From IMG/VR virus record IMGVR_UViG_2706794698_000012: a stretch of DNA of 7,403 bases. One strand, given 5' to 3'. Shown here piece after piece: positions 1-4,196 of the stretch (its first letter is position 1; every line of letters starts with the position of its first letter). The position numbers and the translations under genes are program-made. The notes beneath the pieces are model-generated. The model saw only the letters and a program-made list of their open reading frames with translations, was not told the origin of the DNA and made no database searches. Origin of the DNA: a virus. Taxonomy: Duplodnaviria > Heunggongvirae > Uroviricota > Caudoviricetes.

Positions 1-558
1 AAACTTTTTGACACCTCGATTCCCCCGGGGGGGATTTAGGGGGGGATCTGTTTTTAGATCTTTATCTGTATCTTTATTAGTTGCCTTTGTGTTGACATCA
101 TGTTCAAACACCACTTCAACATCTGTTTGAACACCTGTTAAATTTCTCTCTTGTTTTGTTTGAACATCTGCTTCCTTTCTGCTTCTTCTGGCCTGAACAG
201 ATGCTTTTCCTGCGGCTGATTTTTTGGTTAATTTTTCCCTGACTGATGCCAGATCTTCCTCAATCCGAAGATGCACCCATTCCTCGCCGTTATCGCAAAA
301 AAACTCCTGCAAGGATGGTTCAACATCAGCCCATCGCTCGTTAGTCAGACGGGCAATTTTTGCCAGCCTGTTTTTAGGTATTGGCTTTCCTGTTTGCCAG
401 TAATTGAACATCAGCAACAAATACGCACCATGCTCCTCTGCTGACAAATGCATGGTGTCAGCCAGGTAATCAGCTATGTACAGTTGCATGTATGGTAATG
501 CGGCCATAATTGCCCCGTATGATGCTGCCCGGTGGCTTAGAATAAGCACAAACAGCAT
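1..558 (-). CDS. ydaU: Rac prophage protein YdaU, N-terminal 186 codons (3' end lies beyond window start); putative lambdoid replication-initiation (O-like) protein
   Basis: Minus-strand ATG at 558..556 sits 12 nt downstream of the ydaT stop. I translated the frame by hand and it is open to position 1 (558 nt = 186 codons, no stop). It begins MLFVLILSHRAASYGAIMAALPYMQLYIADYLADTMHLSAEEHGAY and ends in the window with ...DLKTDPPLNPPRGNRGVKKF, which I recognise as Rac YdaU. Absent from the ORF track because it is truncated by the window edge. The replication role is inference. Confidence 0.85.
   Translation of the reverse strand, partial: MLFVLILSHRAASYGAIMAALPYMQLYIADYLADTMHLSAEEHGAYLLLMFNYWQTGKPIPKNRLAKIARLTNERWADVEPSLQEFFCDNGEEWVHLRIEEDLASVREKLTKKSAAGKASVQARRSRKEADVQTKQERNLTGVQTDVEVVFEHDVNTKATNKDTDKDLKTDPPLNPPRGNRGVKKF
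101..170. repeat. Iteron-like array: three copies of TGTT-NN-AACA (101-110, 124-133, 157-166) and a 14-mer TGTTTGAACA(C/T)CTG repeated at 124-137 and 157-170
   Basis: Read directly from the sequence. Located inside the ydaU coding region; adjacent segment 44-80 is AT-rich with two GATC sites and ATCTG/ATCTTT repeats. Candidate replication origin by analogy with lambda ori inside gene O. Confidence 0.4.
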
Positions 559-570
559 GGAAACTTTTGC

Positions 571-993
571 TTAATGAACAATGACAGAATCGTCGGAAGA
601 CCCGCCGCCGCTGAAATGCGCTTTCCGGTAAACGGCTTGGACTGCATCATCATGCGCATCAATTGCCGTACTTAACGCTTCCTGCGCCGCCAGTAATGCA
701 CGGCGTTCCAGGGTATCGAAGATGCAGAGTCGGTGACGCAGCTCGCGCGGAAGGATTGCCAGAATTGCTGGGATCAGCTTCTGAATTTTTTCTCTTTGCG
801 TTTTCGTTTCACCTTTCAACCAACGGTGATAGATATTCTGCTGATTATTCCAGTCCTTGCCTGGTACCAGGGGCAATTCGCCGCCCCCCTGGCGCAGATA
901 TTCTTCAGTAATGGCATTGGCTACCCATGCCTGCCCTTTTTCGGCTGCCAGGGCTAACAACACTGACTCGATGTGCTCATGCTTGATTTTCAT
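571..993 (-). CDS. ydaT: Rac prophage protein YdaT (140 aa)
   Basis: Complete ORF in the track (140 aa, MKIKHEHIESVLLALAAEKGQAWVANAITEEYL...). Its ATG (993..991) overlaps the ydaS stop (992..990) in an ATGA arrangement, indicating translational coupling. Confidence 0.9.
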   Translation of the reverse strand: MKIKHEHIESVLLALAAEKGQAWVANAITEEYLRQGGGELPLVPGKDWNNQQNIYHRWLKGETKTQREKIQKLIPAILAILPRELRHRLCIFDTLERRALLAAQEALSTAIDAHDDAVQAVYRKAHFSGGGSSDDSVIVH

Positions 994-1244
994 GAATCAA
1001 CTCCCATCAGCTTTTTCGTAGTAGTTTTATTTCTGCCAATAGTTAAAATTACATCAGCAGAAAATAATCCGTTTGATGCATGAGCGATTTTTTCAGCGTA
1101 ATTTGTTTCGCCGGTATATTCTGTGCGAGGCAATTTTCCGTTATCCATCCATTTGTAGATTGCTCTTTGGCTGACACCACAAACGTCGGCCACAACAGAA
1201 ACGCGAACAGTTTTGATTACATCTTCAAGTGTTTTCTGGTTCAT
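990..1244 (-). CDS. ydaS: Cro-like HTH DNA-binding protein YdaS (84 aa from ATG 1244; the track ORF extends to an upstream ATG at 1316, 108 aa)
   Basis: ATG at 1244..1242 is preceded by GAGGG (plus 1249-1253) at 4 nt spacing. Product MNQKTLEDVIKTVRVSVVADVCGVSQRAIYKWMDNGKLPRT... contains a helix-turn-helix. The 1316 start is disfavoured because it would lie only 7 nt from the divergent racR ATG and has no Shine-Dalgarno. I recall a 98-aa annotation, but no start codon exists at that position here. Confidence 0.8.
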   Translation of the reverse strand: MNQKTLEDVIKTVRVSVVADVCGVSQRAIYKWMDNGKLPRTEYTGETNYAEKIAHASNGLFSADVILTIGRNKTTTKKLMGVDS

Positions 1245-1323
1245 ATCACCCTCACAATGTGAACTTTGAGTACATGCTATAACAGAACTGACAGTACATT
1301 CAAGAGTGAATATCATTGAACTT
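1245..1323. promoter_or_regulatory. Divergent racR / ydaS control region (79 bp) with repeated GAACT-N3-AGTACA elements; putative operators and divergent promoters
   Basis: Sits between divergent repressor-like (racR) and Cro-like (ydaS) genes. AGTACAT occurs at 1269-1275 and 1293-1299 (24 bp apart), each preceded by GAACT (1261-1265, 1284-1288). No Shine-Dalgarno upstream of the racR ATG. Operator and promoter assignment is inference. Confidence 0.5.
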
Positions 1324-1833
1324 ATGGTTCATGAAGATAAAGCGCGTAAAGAGTTCGCCAGTAGGCTTGCGCTAGCCTGTGAAAACGCTGGTTATGAACA
1401 ACATGGAAGGCAGGCAGAAATTGCCCGTCGAATGAAATTAACACCAAAAGCGGTTAGCAAATGGTTTAATGGCGAAACAATTCCTCGCCGAGAGAAATTA
1501 AGGGAATTAGCAACACTCATTGGAACAACACCANNNNNNNNNNNNNNNNNNNNNNNNNNNNNNNNNNNNNNNNNNNNNNNNNNNNNNNNNNNNNNNNNNN
1601 NNNNNNNNNNNNNNNNNNNNNNNNNNNNNNNNNNNNNNNNNNNNNNNNNNNNNNNNNNNNNNNNNNNNNNNNNNNNNNNNNNNNNNNNNNNNNNNNNNNN
1701 NNNNNNNNNNNNNNNNNNNNNNNNNNNNNNNNNNNNNNNNNNNNNNNNNNNNNNNNNNNNNNNNNNNNNNNNNNNNNNNNNNNNGCTTCACTTTATCCCA
1801 TCTCATTTTTTTACACACAAAATGTACTTATAG
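1324..1833 (+). CDS. racR: Rac prophage repressor RacR (CI-like HTH repressor); 3' portion masked, true stop uncertain
   Basis: ATG at 1324 (track ORF starts at GTG 1306). Visible product MVHEDKARKEFASRLALACENAGYEQHGRQAEIARRMKLTPKAVSKWFNGETIPRREKLRELATLIGTTP contains an XRE-type HTH. The frame runs into the N block 1534-1784; the first in-frame stop after the mask is TAG 1831-1833, but the post-mask translation (LHFIPSHFFTHKMYL) looks non-coding, so the real stop is probably inside the mask. Confidence 0.7.
   Translation: MVHEDKARKEFASRLALACENAGYEQHGRQAEIARRMKLTPKAVSKWFNGETIPRREKLRELATLIGTTPXXXXXXXXXXXXXXXXXXXXXXXXXXXXXXXXXXXXXXXXXXXXXXXXXXXXXXXXXXXXXXXXXXXXXXXXXXXXXXXXXXXXLHFIPSHFFTHKMYL
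1534..1784. other. Masked block of 251 N
   Basis: Run of n characters; hides the racR 3' end and part of the racR-ydaG spacer. Confidence 1.
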
Positions 1834-1862
1834 TACTTTACATCAATGAACACAAAGTACAT
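1822..1862. promoter_or_regulatory. Candidate second operator cluster downstream of racR: inverted pair ATGTACT (1822-1828) / AGTACAT (1856-1862), plus 5-bp-arm palindrome GTACT-TAT-AGTAC (1824-1836)
   Basis: Same heptamer as in the racR-ydaS region, here as an inverted pair in an AT-rich segment upstream of ydaG. TATATA-like -10 candidate at 1863-1868. Function is inference. Confidence 0.3.
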
Positions 1863-2036
1863 TATATACCTACCAACCCACCCCGCCCCACAGAACGCAG
1901 GGCAATACTTCGAGTTACCAGGCAGTGGTCAGGGGTTAAGTAGCCAGCCCGAGGCGTATGAACATGACGGCAGGGTTCAGATTTTGCAGTGCAGCAGGTT
2001 TCAGTTCCGCCACCCGGCGTTAAGGGGAGAGATAAG

Positions 2037-2171
2037 ATGGTGCATTACGAAGTAGTTCAGTATTTGATGGATTGTTGCGGTATCACTTACAACCAGGCTG
2101 TGCAGGCTTTACGCAGCAACGACTGGGATCTCTGGCAGGCAGAAGTCGCTATACACAGCAACAAGATGTGA
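2037..2171 (+). CDS. ydaG: Rac prophage small protein YdaG (44 aa)
   Basis: ATG 2037 preceded by GGGGAG (2024-2029). Product MVHYEVVQYLMDCCGITYNQAVQALRSNDWDLWQAEVAIHSNKM, stop TGA 2169-2171. Lies within the longer GTG-initiated track ORF 1989..2171. Confidence 0.75.
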   Translation: MVHYEVVQYLMDCCGITYNQAVQALRSNDWDLWQAEVAIHSNKM

Positions 2172-2181
2172 GATTCGCAAA

Positions 2182-2337
2182 ATGCAAAAAATCGACCTCG
2201 GCAACAACGAATCCCTGGTGTGCGGCGTGTTCCCCAACCAGGATGGAACGTTCACTGCCATGACGTATACCAAAAGCAAAACATTTAAAACCGAAACTGG
2301 TGCGCGCCGATGGTTGGAGAAGCACACAGTAAGCTAA
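2182..2337 (+). CDS. ydaF: Rac prophage small protein YdaF (51 aa)
   Basis: Not in the track (under 60 aa). ATG 2182-2184 to TAA 2335-2337 gives MQKIDLGNNESLVCGVFPNQDGTFTAMTYTKSKTFKTETGARRWLEKHTVS. Weak Shine-Dalgarno. Its stop overlaps the stop of convergent sieB. Confidence 0.7.
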   Translation: MQKIDLGNNESLVCGVFPNQDGTFTAMTYTKSKTFKTETGARRWLEKHTVS

Positions 2338-2822
2338 CGATTAAAACGTCTACTCCTGCTGTTCCAGAATAACTTCATAAAATGGGAGTATTTTTCGGTG
2401 ACGAGATAATAAGAACAGTTTGCGCTATCACTCTGATGTTGAATGATGCCCTTCCGTTCTAATTTTTTCATAACCGGGTTACGGCAAGGAGAAGTGATAA
2501 TAAGATTTCCTGTTTTAAGGAAATCTTTAAATACAGCGATTTCTTTCTCAGATAAACGAAGCAATACTCGTTGCTCTGGTAGTAATGAATAATGCTTTTG
2601 AATATGTGCTCGCAATCTTGAGAAGGAAATGGCGACCACGAAAGAAAAGGCAAAAACGATAATCTGAAAGAGCCAAGGTATTTCAGTATAAGCATTGAAT
2701 GCGACAGTAAACTCTTTCGGTATCAGCCAGAGAGTGAGACCAAAAATGATAATCGTATACATAAGTATTTCGAGTGGCTCGTTAGCAAAAAGTTTCAACA
2801 ATGGAGTAAATACATCCAACAT
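2334..2822 (-). CDS. sieB: Superinfection exclusion protein B (162 aa, two predicted transmembrane segments)
   Basis: ATG at 2822..2820 inside the longer track ORF 2334..2945. Product MLDVFTPLLKLFANEPLEILMYTIIIFGLTLWLIPKEFTVAFNAYTEIPWLFQIIVFAFSFVVAISF... has two hydrophobic stretches near the N-terminus. Recognised as Rac SieB. Confidence 0.9.
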   Translation of the reverse strand: MLDVFTPLLKLFANEPLEILMYTIIIFGLTLWLIPKEFTVAFNAYTEIPWLFQIIVFAFSFVVAISFSRLRAHIQKHYSLLPEQRVLLRLSEKEIAVFKDFLKTGNLIITSPCRNPVMKKLERKGIIQHQSDSANCSYYLVTEKYSHFMKLFWNSRSRRFNR

Positions 2823-3040
2823 ATCAATAACTCTCAACTGTAAGGGTATTGAAATGTTAACACAAGCTCTCGCTGTAGGGGTATAGCCGAGACCACCGAA
2901 GCCCGGAGGTGGTGAAATAAAACCGGGCACAACACGAAGGCGCATTTCCGATATCCATAAAGAGTCGGTCTTGTCTGTTAAATTTAAATGGTGGGAGTGC
3001 GCCTCCGGTTGTAAATAACGACATTGCTGTGTGTAGTCCT

Positions 3041-3088
3041 GGCGGCATCAGTTTTTTTCTTGAAGTTCGGCTGATGTCCGCCCTTTTT
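3041..3088 (+). terminator. Putative intrinsic terminator: stem GGCGGCATCAG (3041-3051) / CTGATGTCCGCC (3071-3082, one bulged T), 19-nt loop, then C + TTTTT (3084-3088)
   Basis: Inverted repeat followed by a T-run, read from the sequence. Orientation is + because the T-run follows the stem only on that strand. The loop is long for a canonical terminator, so confidence is modest. Confidence 0.35.
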
Positions 3089-3263
3089 AAAGTGAATTTT
3101 GTGATGCGGTGAATGCGGCTAAGCGCACGTGGCACAGTTAAAAGTCATGTTAGTCCTTATTGGTTTGGGTGGGAAAGCCGACTGTAATTGTTAACTGGTT
3201 GCAGTCACCTGGAGGCACCAGGCACCGCATCAACAAAGTTCATTTGTAAAAATGGAGATAATT

Positions 3264-3485
3264 ATGATTGCACATCACTTCGGAACTGATGAAATACCAC
3301 GTCAGTGTGTGACTCCTGGCGATTATGTTCTTCATGAAGGCCGGACATATATTGCCTCGGCAAACAATATTAAAAAGCGAAAACTATATATTCGTAACCT
3401 GACCACAAAAACATGCATTACTGACCGCATGATTAAAGTCTTCCTCGGTCGTGATGGTTTACCTGTAAAGGCGGAGTCATGGTGA
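3264..3485 (+). CDS. kilR: Rac prophage killing protein KilR (73 aa; FtsZ / cell-division inhibitor)
   Basis: ATG 3264 preceded by GGAGA (3254-3258) at 5 nt spacing; the track ORF starts at an upstream ATG 3252 without a Shine-Dalgarno. Product [73 protein letters not shown]. Confidence 0.9.
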   Translation: MIAHHFGTDEIPRQCVTPGDYVLHEGRTYIASANNIKKRKLYIRNLTTKTCITDRMIKVFLGRDGLPVKAESW

Positions 3486-3655
3486 TGACTAAGAAAATAA
3501 AATGTGCTTACCACCTTTGCAAAAAAGACGTTGAAGAAAGCAAAGCTATTGAAAGAATGCTTCACTTCATGCACGGGATTTTATCAAAAGACGAACCGAG
3601 AAAATATTGCAGTGAAGCTTGTGCCGAAAAAGACCAGATGGCACATGAACTTTAA
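3485..3655 (+). CDS. ydaE: Rac prophage small protein YdaE (56 aa) with C-x4-C ... C-x3-C motif
   Basis: Not in the track (under 60 aa). ATG 3485-3487 overlaps the kilR TGA (3483-3485) as ATGA; stop TAA 3653-3655. Product [56 protein letters not shown]. Confidence 0.8.
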   Translation: MTKKIKCAYHLCKKDVEESKAIERMLHFMHGILSKDEPRKYCSEACAEKDQMAHEL

Positions 3656-3729
3656 TTAATTGACTATTCGAAACTGAATTTATGCCAGAAATGGCAGGTA
3701 TTCGCTCAACCTTAATTAAGGAGAAAAAC

Positions 3730-4005
3730 ATGATTACCAATTATGAAGCCACTGTTGTAACTACCGATGACATTGTTCACGAGGTGAATCTGGAAGGAAA
3801 GCGCATTGGCTACGTAATTAAAACAGAAAATAAAGAAACCCCATTCACTGTGGTTGATATCGATGGTCCATCAGGCAACGTAAAAACACTTGATGAAGGT
3901 GTCAAAAAAATGTGCCTGGTGCATATCGGAAAGAATCTGCCCGCANNNNNNNNNNNNNNNNNNNNNNNNNNNNNNNNNNNNNNNNNNNNNNNNNNNNNNN
4001 NNNNN
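3730..4005 (+). CDS. racC: Rac prophage protein RacC; 3' end masked, end coordinate estimated from a recalled 91-aa length
   Basis: ATG 3730 preceded by AAGGAG (3718-3723). Visible product MITNYEATVVTTDDIVHEVNLEGKRIGYVIKTENKETPFTVVDIDGPSGNVKTLDEGVKKMCLVHIGKNLPA runs into the N block at 3946. The track ORF begins at an upstream ATG 3682 without a Shine-Dalgarno. Confidence 0.7.
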
Positions 4006-4196
4006 NNNNNNNNNNNNNNNNNNNNNNNNNNNNNNNNNNNNNNNNNNNNNNNNNNNNNNNNNNNNNNNNNNNNNNNNNNNNNNNNNNNNNNNNNNNNNNN
4101 NNNNNNNNNNNNNNNNNNNNNNNNNNNNNNNNNNNNNNNNNNNNNNNNNNNNNNNNNNNNNNNNNNNNNNNNNNNNNNNNNNNNNNNNNNNNNNNN
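3946..4196. other. Masked block of 251 N
   Basis: Run of n characters; hides the racC stop, the racC-recE junction and the recE start codon. Confidence 1.

Noticed and set aside
296-361. Apparent pair of compensating +1/-1 homopolymer frameshifts in ydaU with an in-frame stop
   Set aside because: Caused by my own mis-transcription of one base at the line boundary. On re-reading, the A/T runs have the lengths needed for an uninterrupted frame, and hand translation of all minus-strand codons from 558 to 1 shows no stop.
663-957. Plus-strand ORFs 663..911 (82 aa) and 733..957 (74 aa)
   Set aside because: Entirely antisense to ydaT, with no Shine-Dalgarno and low-complexity products; shadow ORFs.
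1080-1262. Plus-strand ORF 1080..1262 (60 aa)
   Set aside because: Antisense to ydaS and at the minimum length; no ribosome-binding site.
1245-1316. Upstream ATG at 1316 as the ydaS start (108 aa)
   Set aside because: Would place the ydaS start 7 nt from the divergent racR ATG, leaving no promoter or operator space, and has no Shine-Dalgarno; ATG 1244 with GAGGG is preferred. Not fully excluded.
1507-1849. ORFs 1507..1818 (-) and 1520..1849 (+) consisting almost entirely of X
   Set aside because: Artefacts of translating through the N-masked block.
1846-2055. Plus-strand ORF 1846..2055 (69 aa)
   Set aside because: Starts in an AT-rich putative promoter region, overlaps the ydaG start in another frame, and has a Pro/Gln-rich low-complexity product; likely spurious.
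2072-2327. ORFs 2072..2263 (+, 63 aa) and 2109..2327 (-, 72 aa)
   Set aside because: Overlap ydaG and ydaF out of frame or antisense; the minus-strand one starts with GTG and has no Shine-Dalgarno. The recognised ydaG and ydaF frames explain the region.
2468-2886. ORFs 2468..2695 (-, 75 aa) and 2695..2886 (+, 63 aa)
   Set aside because: Alternative-frame or antisense shadows inside sieB.
2823-2945. In-frame upstream extension of the sieB ORF (track ORF 2334..2945, 203 aa)
   Set aside because: The extension begins at a non-ATG codon with no ribosome-binding site; the ATG at 2822 gives the recognised SieB N-terminus (MLDVFTPLL...).
2857-3135. Minus-strand ORF 2857..3135 (92 aa) in the sieB-kilR intergenic region
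   Set aside because: Arg/Ser-rich, basic, low-complexity product with no Shine-Dalgarno, overlapping the putative terminator hairpin; most likely non-coding regulatory DNA. Cannot be excluded without conservation data.
3252-3263. Upstream ATG 3252 for kilR (MEIIMIAHH..., 77 aa)
   Set aside because: No Shine-Dalgarno upstream of 3252, whereas GGAGA sits 5 nt before ATG 3264.
3332-3574. Minus-strand ORF 3332..3574 (80 aa)
   Set aside because: Antisense to kilR and ydaE; shadow ORF.
3682-3729. Upstream ATG 3682 for racC
   Set aside because: The strong AAGGAG Shine-Dalgarno is positioned for ATG 3730, not 3682.
3890-4015. Track start at 3890 for the 908-aa recE ORF
   Set aside because: The ORF only appears continuous because N codons are translated as X; 3890 lies inside racC in another frame. 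The real recE start is inside the masked block.
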